DNA from: Trichodelitschia bisporula
Lineage: Eukaryota
Assembly: GCA_010356995.1 (NCBI GenBank)
Contig: ML996693.1
Coordinates: forward strand, 434,001 to 498,000
Reading direction: 5' to 3'
DNA: 64,000 nucleotides
The translations under genes and the position numbers were made by a program. Below the pieces are notes generated by a model. It was not told the DNA's origin, did no database searches, and worked only from the letters and a program-made list of their open reading frames with translations. Of the stretch, positions 1 through 13,458 are shown piece by piece. Position 1 is the first letter of the stretch, and each line of letters opens with the position of its first letter.

Positions 1-216
1 TTCAAAATGAGCTCAGTGACGGCCTTTGAAAGTTGTAACTTCTTGGCTGAAGTTCGTCGTCTTCACGGCTAGCCTTATGTACGGGTACCAAGCCACACCC
101 CATCCTCCCCTGGTCTGATTTCCGCCCTTGGCGTCCCGCCCTCCACTTTCTCCACCGTCCATCGAACCTGCAACATCGGCGCGTCACCAAATCTCAAAAA
201 GCCAGCACCCTCAATC

Positions 217-1301
217 ATGGCGCCCTCGGCCACGCAAACCCTACTCTCTCCCGCCGAGCTTTCCTATATTCACCACTCGCTCTCTCTCTCGCCTCCGATC
301 CGCCCGGATGGCCGCTCTCCGACTGAATTCCGGCCGCTTTTCGCTGAAACGGACATTTTGCCCAATACGAATGGCAGCGCGCGGGTATGCTTCGCGGACG
401 GAAGTGAAGCGATCGCAGGTGTGAAGGCCGAGGTTGAGAGGTCAATCGCACGGCCCGGACTGGACATCTCGGCAGACGATGACGGTGAGGAAGAGCGTCA
501 CGGCGAAAATGCCTGGGTGGAGATGAGCATTGAGATTCCAGGCCACAGGGATGACGATGCGCTGCCCGTGTTCCTGGCAGCTATGTTGACGGAGGCGCTG
601 CTTGCAGACTCTGAGCTGAAGGACAGGTTGTGGATCAATCGACGCTTTCACTGGAAGTTGTACATTGACGTGCGTATCCCCTCCCCTTTACCCACTCACT
701 TCTGCGTCCTTCCAGCGCAAACATATACCGGTAGCTAACAACAAGATCGCAGATTCTCCTTCTCTCACCTCCGTCCTCTTATCCTCTCCCCCTTCTAAGC
801 CTCACCACTCATCTCTCCCTCCTCTCCACGCACCTCCCGGCCCTCATCTCCGACCCCGCTGACGATCCCCTCTTCAACGACGACTGGCACAGCGCTACGC
901 CGCTGTACCCACCGTCAAGCTCCACCCCCCCTGTAACCCTCCTCGTCACAACCATCGGTGAAACGATCCTCCTCGATCCAACACCGGAAGAACTCGCCGT
1001 CGCAGACGCCGTGCTCGCGCTCTCTGTTGCCGCACCTTTGCCTTCTAAGGCTAAGAAAGGGAAGGGCAATCCCCAGGCTCGCCTTCTCGCGATCCGTACG
1101 CTAGATCCGCCCTCGCGGCTGACGCCCCTGGGTACAACGGCAGGCCCTACGGAAGGCGCGCCGCCGCGGACCGGAATGGCGTGGGCGCCGCCGCAAGGTG
1201 GGTTGAAGAGAGAGCTCTTGTCGCGCGTGATCAAGGCGGTGGTTGCGCCCGGAGGAGGGGCGGAGGAGGTACTTGCGGGATTGGCAGGGGTGGTGGCGTA
1301 A
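217..1301 (+). CDS. RRP42: Exosome complex component RRP42 (RNase PH-like), 2 exons
   Basis: IRPDGRSPTEFRPL..ETDILPNTNGSARV motif and WKLYID. Intron 670-752 (GTGCGT..GCTAAC..CAG) joins to ILLLSPPSSYPLPLLSLTTH. Stop at 1299-1301. Confidence 0.9.
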
Positions 1302-1378
1302 AGAGAATCGTATTTTGACACTGAAGGTCTGACAGTAGAGCCATATGTGACGCGCCACGACGAGATGGGTTCTACACA

Positions 1379-1408
1379 CACGATGGACGCTCGCACGATG
1401 GACGCTCG
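1379..1408. repeat. 15-bp tandem duplication (CACGATGGACGCTCG x2)
   Basis: Read directly in the RRP42 3' region. Confidence 0.85.
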
Positions 1409-2096
1409 TAATATGCTCAGCAGTCGCAGCATGACTGAGTGTGGGATACCGATAGGACGTTTATCTGGCGGAAGGAGACAATGCCACCTTTCAGCTACCG
1501 GGGGCAATCGGTACATGAACCTGCAACACGTACTACGTAGGAGATGCCGTTGGCCGGAAGGCTAAGCGCCTTCCTCTTCCTGGTGCGCGTGTGTAGACTT
1601 GAAATCATACATACCGGTCAAGAGTCAGCTGCAATTCAAGAGGAATTATGGCTCTAGACAACTCCATTCAAGCTCCAACGAAATTGCCGTCTTTGGTGAA
1701 AATTGACTTGTTTGTCATGTTTGTACTCCGGGCCTCTTAGAGTCGCATATAACATAGGGTTACTTCTCGCAGCTGCAAAATAATCGGTCGATAAGTAGGC
1801 ATAGCGAAAGCACTTGCATCAATATTTTGCCTCCACCCCAATTTTCACTCCACTCCAAATTATCGGCATTTATGGCCGCTGCATCCCCAAGGGGAAGGCT
1901 GAACCTCTAGCACTCCAGCGTGACCAGGCTGCCGAGCGGACAAAGAGCGCTATTGGTCCCCGCACTTTGCGATGCGGACCGCCAACCCTGTCCCGCCCTA
2001 TGACGTATGGTTGATATTCCTCGGCGTCAGGGTCTGCCCTCCATTGACCTCTCTTCCCCTCTTCCCCACATCGCACATGCCAGAACTTCTCTCGCA

Positions 2097-3508
2097 ATGC
2101 CTTCCAGTATCGCGATCTCCTTCCTCAGCGCGCTGCAGGCCTCGGTGTCGGTGCTGATAACCGTCGGGTTCGGCGCGCTGGGCTTCAGGTGGGGGTTGAT
2201 CGACGAGCGGTCGGCGACTGAGATAGGGAAGACATGTGTGAAGCTATTCTTGCCGGTATGTTTCTTGTCATAGCGTGGGGAGTAGCTAATGGCAAAGGCA
2301 TTGATGGCCACGAACTTGGGCGGCGAGCTGCATTTGAGCACGGTGATGCGTTATGTTCCTATCTTCAGTGCGTCCCTCGTCGCGCCCCATAAAGAAGCTA
2401 ACGAATAGTCTGGGCCATCGCATACAACCTGATATCTCTCGCACTCGGCGTGGTATCAACGCGCATCTTCGATCTTCCGGAATGGGTCACACCGGCGATA
2501 ACCTTCAACAACACGACCTCGCTCCCTCTCCTTCTCGTCCAAGCCCTTGAAGCAACAGGTATCCTCAAGGGCCTCCTCATGTCGGCCGACGACACCACCA
2601 GCGCCGCGGTCGAGCGCGCAAAGTCCTACTTCCTCGTCAGCTCTATGGTTAGCAATGTGCTCACCTTCGCCATCGGACCGCGGCTCCTTAGCGAATATAG
2701 CGAGCACCCAGGTGACAAGCCCAATGACGAGGAATTCGAGGGCACAGATGCAGGGGACGGATCAAGCATAGGCAGCGACGTCGACCCCGACGAGAATACT
2801 TCCCTCCTCCCCGACCCAGTCGTGCGCTCTGGCAAGCGCACCGCGCGGAAAGGCAGGGACTACTTCGCCGCACTACCGCCATGGATGCAGACCACGCTCA
2901 GCGTAGCATACTCGTTCTGCAACGCGCCGCTGCTCGGAGCCGCAGTAGGCACGCTCATAGGCCTGGTGCCGGCGCTGCACCGGGCATTTTTCGCCGAGAC
3001 CTTCGACGGGGGCATCTTCAACGCGTGGTTGACGAAGGGCGTCCAGAACGTCGGCGATTTGTTTGCCAGTCTGCAGGCCGTGGCTGTTGGCGTAAAGCTC
3101 GCTGCGGCGCATGCGCGGGCGCGGAAGGGCGAGGCTAGCGGACATGTGCCGTGGAAGAGCATGGCGTTCGTTACGGCGGTGCGGTTCGTGGTCTGGCCTG
3201 CTATTGCGGTGCCGCTGTTTTGGGCGCTTGCTGGCAAGACGAACATTCTCGGGAATGACCCTGTGCAGTGGTTTTGCCTCATGCTTATGGCGGCGGGGCC
3301 GAGTGCGATGCAGATTGCGGCGCTGGCGGATGTTAAGGGGTGTGGGGAAGGGGAGAAGTTGAGTATTGCAAGGTTTTTGACGGTGAGTTCGGGTTGTGTG
3401 GAGGATGGACAAGGCTAACTGGCGCAGATGTCGTATGCTATCTCGCCGTTGATATGTCTAGGTGTTGTAGGGAGCTTGAAGGCTGCGGAGGCGGCTAAGA
3501 GCGGATAG
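2097..3508 (+). CDS. Auxin efflux carrier / PIN-like (Mem_trans) membrane transporter, 4 exons
   Basis: N-terminal SFLSALQASVSVLIT..KLFLPAL, then FNNTTSLPLLL, a central acidic loop, NAPLLGA and a C-terminal GPSAM..SYAISPLI. Three canonical introns restore the frame. Confidence 0.85.
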
Positions 3509-4433
3509 GCGTCTGGTTTGTGGAGAGGAGCTTAGATGGTGGTGTAGTGCTCTCCTGAGCTCTGATATTGCAGAGTCGCATTACTGAACGGGAAGTGTTT
3601 TCTGACAGCGTTATACTGCGGACCGGAGAACATTGATTGAGGCTGATGGATTGGTCCATCATGGAGGGCCAGTTCATCCGCAATCAACGGTGTTGTGTAG
3701 GAGTAAGAAGAGGAAGTTGCCATGGGGTATGTACTAATTTACGAAAGGATGGATGTTAAATAGCTATGTGAGCTCTGACACTGGAATGAAGTGTCTGTCA
3801 CCTGGGCTCGGATGTCCATTTCCGGGAAGATGCATGACGTTGAGCTTTCCCTGCATTCGGGGGCCTGAGGCAGAAACTCAACTCCAGCCGAACCAACAGC
3901 ACATGCATGTCGCGATGCCCTTCGAATGAGGTTACGGCCGAATCAACACGACATCAAAGTTGCCCCGAAGCCCGGCTCGGCATCTGACAGCACCCCGAAT
4001 CCGACACTTCAGGCAGTATCGTGCTTGACCGCTTGAAAGCCTCTTGTCAGAATGGCGAGACTCGGCATGGGTGTGTTCAGTGATCAGCAGCGCTTCCGAG
4101 GTGCACCGTTGCCGACTTTACCATTCCCCGCACGAAATAATAGTGGGGAAGGAACAGGCGGCCATGTCCTCTCGGCATGCGAGGTACGACATCCGAGCAT
4201 GGGCCTCGCGGACAGTCTAACCAGCCGAAGTAAGGCGAACCGTTAGCATGGCGTGGGGTGGCGGAAGATGCGTTGCGTGCGGGGAAATGGCAACCCCGAC
4301 CCGAGATATTTATCCTTCGTGACGCGCGGCCGCTTCGCTGACCTTTTTTGCTTCGCTTTCCCTTTCCCTTTCTCTCGTCCTCGTCTTCGTCTTCCTCATT
4401 TGCAGTGCAACCGACCCCGCGACGTGTATCACG

Positions 4434-6549
4434 ATGGCTAATAAGGCGGAGGCGGAGCTCAATCCCCACAGCTATGCGCGCCACCGACGCGCTATGCCTG
4501 ACCGCATTCATCGCGTCGACGGCTACCACCACGATGGCTACACCTACTATCCCGTCGTTGTGGTCGGCGCGGGCGAGTCTGGTGTCGCGACGGCGTGGAA
4601 ACTGAAGAGAGAGCTTGGATTCGACCAATTCCGCGTGTTTGAGCGGCAGAGTGGCATTGGGGGCACGTGGTGGATCAACCGGTTTGCTTGCCTCACGCGT
4701 CGCGGCCAAGCGGTGATGCTAATGAGTGCAGGTATCCGGGAGTTGCATGCGATGTGTAAGCTTGCGTGGTTCTATGTATGATGTCCTGTCTAATGCCCCC
4801 AGTCCTGCCGCCTTCTACTCCTTCTCCTTCCATCCGAATCCCAAGTGGACGACGCTGTTCCCCTCTGGCCCAGAGATCTATGCCTACCTCCAGGAAGTCT
4901 GCGACACAGCCGGCATAACGGACAAGATCGAGCTCAACACCGACGTACCGCTGTGCCGCTGGCTCGACGACGACCAGGAGTGGGAAATCACAGTCCACCA
5001 CCTGGTACCCGGTACCGGCGATCTGAGCTCCAGGGACCGAGCACGGAAAGTGCAAGAAGAAGGCGAAAGCAGCGTCATCGTGTCCACGGAAATCATCCGC
5101 GCGAAAGTGCTCCTCAGCGCGGTAGGCGGCCTCGTCGAGCCGCGCGCCAAACCCGAGAACGTGCCCGGTTGGGAGAGTTTCAAGGGTCCGGTTTTCCACT
5201 CCGCGCGCTGGGACTACAACGTCGATCTCAAGGACAAGGATGTCGTGGTCGTCGGCACGGGGTGCAGCGCCGCGCAGTTTGTTCCGCATCTTACGCAAGA
5301 GCCCTTTGGCGCGAAATCCGTCACCCAGCTCATGCGCTCGCCGCCCTGGGTCGTAAAGCGCATGGAACCGCCCTTCGGCCGCGAGAAATGGGCCAAATGG
5401 GCGCCGGCCGCTTTCACCTACGTCCCCGGCTTGCTGAAGACTTTCCGCACGATGCTCTTCTTCGCGATCGAAGCCGAATTTCCTATGTTCAGGGCTGAGT
5501 CGACGCAGAAACGGCGCGCGCTGGAGGAGAAACTCATCCGGCATATTAAGCGCACGACGCCGGAGAAGTATCATGAGATCTTGACGCCGGATTATGACGT
5601 GTGCTGCAAGCGCCGCATCTTTGATGCTACTTGGTATCCCGGGTTGAATGACCCCCGCGTAGAGCTTACGACGCAGCCGCTCACGGCTGTGCATGAGGAC
5701 AGCGTGACTATCGGCCCTGGGCGGTGCTACCCCCCGCTCAGCAGGACGGAGAGCAAGGCCCCTACCGAAAAGCGGGATGTGCATGCCGACGTCATCATCC
5801 TAGCCAACGGCTTCGACATCAGCAAGTGGCTGCACCCAATGGCCGTAAAAGGACGAGGCGGCGTCGACCTTGTCGACCAGATGCACGCCCGGGGCGGGCC
5901 GCAAGCATACCAAGGCACGGCGATGGACGGCTTCCCGAACTTTTTCCTCATCTTCGGTCCGAATACCGCGACGGGGCATAGCAGCGTCATTCTCGCGACG
6001 GAGAACATGGCGAACTACGCGCTCAAATTTGTGAAGAAGGTTATCAGGGGCGAGGCGAGCACCGTGGAGGTCAAGAGGAGCGCGGAGGAAGCGTATACGG
6101 CGGATATCCAGCGGAAGCTGAAGGATACGGTGTGGATGAGGGGCGGGTGTGCGAGTTGGTATTATACGGAGGATGGGTGGAATTCGACCGTGCTGCCGTG
6201 AGTGCATCCCCCTGGCGTCATGGCGCTGGCTAATTTGTGGCATAGGTACTCGCAGATCTGGTTCGGGTACAGATGCATGTTTCCCCGCTGGCGCGACTGG
6301 GATGTCAAGCTTACGCGTCGTGGCACCGTCAAGCAAGCGCTGCACCGCGGGCTGCGCTTGTCGGTCTTTGCGGCGGCGTTGGTGGGGTTGTGGCGTGCGA
6401 GGAGGGCGGGGCTTGGGCCGTTGGAGGCAGTGAGGTTACTACTCGCCAGTGTTTCTGCGCAGGGGAAGAGTGCGCTGGGGGTTGTAAGGGAGGTTTTACA
6501 TGCGGTGGTTGAGAGGGGGGCGGGGGTTGTGGGGAGCTTGAAGGTATAG
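4434..6549 (+). CDS. Flavin-containing (Baeyer-Villiger-type) monooxygenase, 4 exons
   Basis: VVGAGESG FAD motif; GGTWWINRYPGVACD (spliced through a 24-nt exon at 4732-4755); FKGPVFHSARW fingerprint; VVGTGCSA NADPH motif; C-terminal hydrophobic segment. Confidence 0.92.
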
Positions 6550-7683
6550 GGGCATCCGAGGTGATGATGTTAAAAGGTGGCGATGCATCATCTTAGGCAG
6601 CTATAATTTCACAGGTTTACCACTCCAGTGAGCGTACAGGCGGCTCTGGTACGTGATTTGGAGGAACTGAATGCTCACGGCGGCTCATCTTCTAGCGATC
6701 TTCCAACGCGGCGTCACTCAGCTCGAACGACGGAGTCGATGCCGGGTAACTTGATACTGACACATCTACCACGACTCTCGGGACTGCGAAGACTACACCG
6801 AACTCTATCAATAGCACCACAGCAAGCGATGCGCTTTGCCATGCCAGCGCCGCTAGATACTCAACCGTCACGCCGGTCATACTCCCATTGAAAGCCGCAC
6901 GAAGACTCCCAAAGGAAACGCGAACAGCCCTCTCACCCTCGAATTACGTAACGAATACGCAGCACACGCCTCTCGCCTGCCCACGGCATCTCCCATGCGG
7001 AAGGTGGGCCCTTGCGGGAACGTCGCTTAGCTCGCGCCTGCCCGCGTCTGAATCGCTAGCCGTAATCTTTGCGGATCGTGTGCGGCAGCCTTGCGCTTAT
7101 GCCCATGTCGAACTGAAGGGATCCGGGACACGCTCCGTCCATACGGCAAATTCTCCGTTAGTCAAAGAGACCGCGTATCTCTTGGTCACGAGCGCGACGT
7201 CACTCCCTTCGCCTCTCCAACCCATGCGTCGATCCGCACTCAACCCGGGTCTTCGCGCGTGAGCCCCACGTGCGGACAGGCATATAACTTGGCTTTAATA
7301 TCACATCCCCGGTCGAGCAACACCCCAGCGCGCATCGAAGCCTCGACCTTCTTAAAAGGACAACTCCCAGGCCTACAAGGCTCTCCCCTAAGGGATCTCA
7401 TCCGCGATGTGCGGCGAAAGGCAGGTCGCAAGCCCGCGGATCTCCCGCCGAGTCCACGATGATGTCCCGTGGAGAGTCATCGCGAGCTCGTGCAGCAGTA
7501 CACGCAGCCGAGAGGCTACGAACCGCACTGCCGAGCCGCGATGCTACTTGCGCGGGGCGTGGTAGCGAGTCAGCCTCGCGGGTCCCTCCTACCCCTCACG
7601 GGTCCCTCCCGCCACACAATGACCGGCACGCAGTATAAGTCGCCCGCCTGCGAGGCGGGCACAATGTCTGCACCGCACCACCA

Positions 7684-9624
7684 ATGGCCTTTACGCGCCT
7701 TCTTACGCTCGCGCTCGCCGCTGGCGCTGCTGCCCGGATTGCCGACCTACATAAGCGTCAGGCCTTCACGCCTGGTCAAGCAGTGAACACGACGAGTGGG
7801 GTATTGAGAGGTATTCCCGGTCCCTCGCGTCCGGATGTGTCTGTCTACCTTGGGATACCGTACGCAAAGCCGCCGGTGGGGGAGCGGCGATTCGCCGCGC
7901 CGGAGCGGTTTGTGGGGACGGGGGAAGTTAACGCTACTGCTTTTGTGGGTGTCCCGATGAGTGTGGTGATATGGGTACTAACTTGAGGAAGTCGCCGTAG
8001 GTTTTTGAGCCTTGGATGGGGGGAAGGGGCTGATGGGTTAGGGATTGTCCCTCAAACGGAATCAACGTGCAAGAAGCGCTCTCGCGCCTCAGTCCCGACG
8101 CCCTGAACGACCTCCTCAACAGCCTGACCCCTCCCGCGCTGCAGCTCCTCGCGTCGTGGGGCCAGGCGGGCAATGCGTTCAGTGAGGACTGCCTGACGCT
8201 GAATGTGTGGACCAAACCACAAACAGGAGAGAAAGCCAAAGGCACGTCCCCCCCCGCGCCAGCAACTCCCACTAACTTCCATAGCCGTGCTCTTCTGGAT
8301 TTACGGCGGCGGCTTCGAATCCGGCGCAACAAACAACCCGACCTACAGCGGCGAATTCTTCGCGGATAACCAGGACGTCGTGTTCGTAAGCGCAAACTAC
8401 CGCACCAACATTTTCGGCTTCCCGGGCCTCCCCGGCGTCAAGCTCCCGCAGAATCCAGGTCTGCTCGATCAGCGCCTCGCGCTGGAATGGGTGCGGGATA
8501 ACATCGCTGCGTTCGGGGGTGACCCGAACCGGATCACGATTTTCGGGCAATCCGCCGGCGGCGCCTCTGTCGACTACTACACCTTCGCGCATGCATCCGA
8601 CCCCATCGCCGCCGGCGCCATCGCGCAGTCCGGCACAGCTGTGAGCTTCACGTCTACCCCCGCACCGTCGAATAACACAGCCGCGTGGTACAATGCCTCC
8701 GCGACGCTCGGGTGCGGCGGCCCGGGCACGCCCCTGACCCAGAGCGTCGCCTGCGTGCGTGGGAAGAGCACGACGGACCTCCTCTCCGCGATCGTAGTTA
8801 ACGACCCGATCGCATCAGTGCTAGGCAACTTCGGCCCGACGACGGACGGGGTGAGTGTGTTCGCCGACTATGCAACTCGGGGCCAGGCGGGGAAATTTGC
8901 GAAGATCCCGCTGCTGATCGGGAACAACGACTATGAGGCCGGACTCTTCCGCTTGCTCGCCCTGGGCGCTGGTAGGAGCTTTCCGGATGCGGCGTGGTGT
9001 CTGTTCAACGCTGATATCTACACCTGCCCGGCGAGTACGAGTGCGAGCTGGCGGGCGCGTAACGGCGTCCCGGTTTGGAGATACCGGTATTATGGCGAGT
9101 TTCCGAATACGCGCCTCACGTGGAAGCCAAATTCGGGCCCGTGGCATGGGGCGGAGATTCCGGTTGTTTTTGGGACGGAGGAGGGGAGTAGTGCGGGCGT
9201 GCCCGACACGCCAGCTGAGGTTGAAATCGGAAAGTATCTGCAGAGTCTCTGGGCCGGGTTTGCGAAGGATCCGAAGGGGGCACTGAGTGGGCAGCAGTTT
9301 AAGCTGCCGAAGTACAGTACCAGTAGTGAGTTGGTCCTATCTCAATCTGAGGGCGGATGGCTAACGCGGACAGCGAGATCGCTCATCCTCTTCGCGCAGA
9401 ACAATCAGACGGCACCGAACTTTGCGAATCCGCGCAACACGGATGCTATCTGCCCGACGCTGGATTTTGTGAGTAGATTGTTTCCGGGCGGATTGTTTTC
9501 GGGGATTTCGAGTGGGAGCAGTGATGGGAGTGATTTGGATGCGTTGCTGGCGATTGCGCAGCCGATTATTGATTTGGTTACGGCGGGGAGTCCGCCGCCG
9601 GCTGGGTCGAGGTGCAAGTTTTAA
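7684..9624 (+). CDS. Secreted type-B carboxylesterase/lipase
   Basis: Signal peptide, YLGIPYAKPP, EDCLTLNVW, WIYGGGF oxyanion hole, GQSAG nucleophile, WHGAE His. Exons 7684-7944, 7992-7996, 8042-8241, 8285-~9325 and ~9377-9624. Confidence 0.92.
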
Positions 9625-10167
9625 AGAGTGATTTGGGATGTATTGCTTTGGTCGCGATAGAAGGCCGAGACGGTCTAGTTAATGTCTAAGAAATGGAGCA
9701 ATCGGTGTCCTATGCATACTGACCTTTTATACTTGTATTTGTTGGCCTATAGAATACGGGATAGGGGCTTCGGGCGCAATGGCTACGGTGAGAGGCGAGA
9801 GACGCTCAAGACCAAATTCACGATGTGGCAAATGTCCTTCCATGTTCCTTCCCAAGAGCGATATGCTCCTTCCAACGGTAATTATGTTGCCTTGGTGCCA
9901 TACATGCCTTACTGCCCAGTACGTCCCCCAGGTGTCTACATCAGGAGAGTCCGGGTATCAAGAGGCATATGGACAGCGACACGGGCCACGGGAACACAGG
10001 CAGTCCTCGCTGGCATACGGTACGTGAGAGCGAGTCACAGTAGCAGCAGCACCAAGCACAACTCGCCGCAAGAAGTCCGATCTTGAATCAACCCAACGCC
10101 CATCCCACAAAATAGGGGGGGGGTATATAACACGCCCAAACACCCGCCACCAGCTTCTCCGACCCAT

Positions 10168-12640
10168 CTACATCCCCTCACCATCCCCACCAGCCTCCTC
10201 CTCCGCCTTCCTTCTCCTCGCCAAATCCTCCTTCGTAACTAACCTCCCCAACCCCACCGCCTCCCCAATAAGCACATCCACCGGCACCCCAATCTTCGTC
10301 AAACCGTCCCCAAGATATGTCAGTAGCGCCTCCCCATCCGCACACGCCATGAGCCCGCGCCGATTAATCCTCAACAGCGCCAGCGCAACACAGAACAAGT
10401 ATCTGCCGTCACAGAACCCGCACAACACGTCCCAGACCCTGAACAGCGGCTCACCAGCAAGCGCAGCGCCAAACCCGCTGATAAACCACCCCGGACTAAA
10501 CATATCCAACACAACCCCATGTGTCTTGATATGTGTCGCCAAAGCAGGCATCAGTTCCTCACAGTAAGCAGCGAGTATCCTCCCATCCGCCCTCAACGCC
10601 GTAGCACCCACCGCACCATCCGCCGCATAATACGCCCGGGGGAGGACATGCTCGATCAGCGCAACCAGCAACCAAAACGCATCCTCCGCCTCCGGAACCA
10701 TGAGCAGCAAATTTGCCGCAATAACGTTCAAGCCCTGGGAATACCCGATAGCGGGATCGAACCGCGCATACGCCCGCAGCACCCTGCGCAACTTTGCCGC
10801 GCCGGCGCCGGCGCGGAAATACACGTTATTCCCCATCGTACGCGATATATCCGCTTCGATTTCGGTCTCCGTGTGCGCGGGCAAGGGAGCGGAGGAGGAG
10901 CTCAGCGCTGCAAAGAGCCCGGGCTCGAGCATCGTCCCCGCGCCCGTTTTTTCCATCCATATATCCCGCCTCAAGTGCACAGGCACGCCGCGCACGATCA
11001 TGCCGCGCAGTTTCTTGAGCTGGTCCGGCGAAAGCGCACCGAGGTTATGAAACCGCGCCGCGCTCGCCACGCCGAAGTCATCTACCACACCCGCCCCGTC
11101 CTTGCCCGGCCGCAACTGCGCCGCGAAGGCTAGCCATTCCGCGAGCCGCTTTTCCTGGTGTGCGTCGAAGATGGCGTTTTGCTTCGCCAGGACGAGGTCG
11201 AGTGCGTTCTTGGGGTCCGCAGGGCGGTCAGCGGGTTTTATGGATGCGGCAACGGCGGAGAGTGAGGCCATTGCTGTGGCGGTGGTGGATTGGGTTGTTG
11301 CGTCTATCTTGGCGATCGCGACGCCGTCGGCCCCTGGCGCTGCTTTGGGGAGGTCGACGAATAGGCGCGCTGCTGATCCGGGACTGGTTACGAAGCGGAA
11401 GACGGGCAGGGCGGGCGCATGGCAAAGGAGCTCGCCATCAGAATCCGGGGACCTAGTGCCAGGACCGTCGAGCCCCTTGAGCAGGGCGTGGAAGTCGTCG
11501 TCCGAGACGGAGAGCGTGTCGAGGCTGTCGCTCTCGGACGCGTCGGGGGCGGGCCAGTCGAGCGGGCGGGCGGGCTCGCGCGGGGCGGTGAAGAGGAAGC
11601 CAAGCCGGTCGACGAGGAGGCCGTTGATAGTGTTTTGCGCGGGGCGCAGGGCGGGCGGGAGGTCCGAGGGGAGGATGGGGGGGTTGAGTTCGAGGGCATC
11701 GGGTTCGGTGGCGATGGTGTTGCTGCGGGGTTTGGTGCGTGTGTTGGGCTTGGTGTCGTTGGATTTCGGCTTCATGAGGGGTTTGGGGGCTGAGGCGCGG
11801 CGCTGAGAGATTACGCTTCCTTTCTTTGGGGGGTCTGGTGTTCGTGTTTCAGGTGGTGGTTTTGAGTCTGTTGTTGGTGGTATGTCGAAGGTGGAGGGGT
11901 TTGGGCCGCTGTGATTCACCCCAGGGAGGTCGATGATGCGCCCGCTCTCCTTGTCTATCCTCCTTAGCACATCGTCCATCATGCCGTAACTCACACCACT
12001 CACCAAGAAGATACAACCCCCCCGGACTATCCACAACCTCCACCTCCCCAGGAGCCTCAGGTTTAATCACTCGCCTCAACAACCCCTCCACCTCCCCACA
12101 CCTCCTCCTCCACCCCTCACACTCATCCCTCACCACCCGCTCTCTCTCCAAAATCTCCACCTTCGTATTCCTCTCCTGCGCAACCCGCATATTACTCTCC
12201 GCCAAATCGCGCGAATACTGCCTCACAACCCCAACCACCCCTCCCTTCCGTTCCACAATCCGCAATATCGCGCTCTCACTCGCCTTCTCCAACGGATCCG
12301 CCCACTCCTCCACAGCCCCCGCGAACACGCCCCCGTCATCGTCTTCTTTGGAAGATCGTTCCGGCGACGCCAGGCTCGCCATTATGCTTCTGTGCATACC
12401 ATTCCATGCCCGCCTCAGCGTGCCCGGTTTGTCAGGCGTCGCTGTGGGCGTGGGAGTGGCGCTAGCCGGCGATGCCAAAGCCGGGAAGGAGGTGAACACC
12501 TTCGGCGATGCGGGCGCTTTGTGCTCTGACGATTTGCGCGCACGGCTCGGGCGCCGCGGGGGTCGGGAGGGGGGAGGGTCAGCGAGGCGGGGAGGGAGCG
12601 AGGAAGGCGGGGTGTCGGCGGGCGGAGGTGGCGACAGCAT
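10168..12640 (-). CDS. TBC (Rab-GAP) domain protein, 2 exons
   Basis: GVPVHLRRDIW, IEADISRT (R-finger), YSQGLN (Q-finger), EDAFWLL, RVWD. A 49-nt intron at 11955-12003 joins the 11849-12640 ORF to the 10168-12036 ORF in frame. Confidence 0.85.
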
Positions 12641-13458
12641 TGCGGTAGTATACGTAAACAGTATGGTAATGGGGTCGGTGAAATGATTGTGGTTGCCGCC
12701 GCGCGGGAATAAGAGACGCCGAAGCGCGCCGTGTGCTGACGACGTGTGCGTGAGGACGGTGGAGCTTCGAAGACCCTTGCGTGGTGTTGAGCGGGCGAAC
12801 GGCGGGGGACGTGACGTTGACGTTGTGGCGTGTGGCGCGGTGCGGCGGGCGCGGGGATGGGGGTGGAGCGGCGCGGCGGGCGCGAGGTGGAGCGCGAGGC
12901 TGGGGTGAGCGGAACGGGGTTAGAGTCAACAGGCGGTAGAACTAGTTTGCGCGTTACGTTTTCTGGATGTGGTCTTTCGTTTGCGGGGGATGATGCGGTT
13001 GTCTGTTTTGACGTTGCGGTGTGTGACGCCGGCGATGTAAACAAGCCGTCCTTCCACAAGTGAATCCTACGCATACACGCCGAAGCTGCGCGTTACTCGA
13101 GATGGCTGGAACGCGTTCTCAGGCCCTCGGGGCAAACAGCCAGATGACTGGCGAGGCGTCTCGCGTCATCAAGGCACGTCACCATCACCATCCACCAGCC
13201 TCACGCATGACCGCGAAGCGCCACCAAAAGCATGCATTAGAGCCCTCTCATCCAGAAACGCCGGACACAATCGTTATCCAGCCCTAGCCATCCAGTTTCC
13301 CATCCCGTCCCATCCCAGGCCGTTTCACGTCTATCCGTTCCAAACACCACGCCAGGCTGCCCAACGCCTGCCTTGAAACCAAACAAACAAAACAGCGGCA
13401 GCAATACCAACAGCAGTAGCCATCCCATAGTCAAGTCCTCAGAACCATCGTCAAGCCC

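Noticed and set aside
4693..5784. Long antisense or shifted ORFs over real genes (also 809-1516, 11102-11806, 20349-21119, 35279-35983)
   Set aside because: Shadow ORFs caused by high GC and codon bias. They have no motifs, and the opposite frame has a clear family match.
2097..9624. Transporter + monooxygenase + esterase as a secondary-metabolite cluster
   Set aside because: There is no backbone enzyme or pathway regulator and the esterase is secreted. A BVMO-esterase functional link cannot be supported from adjacency alone.
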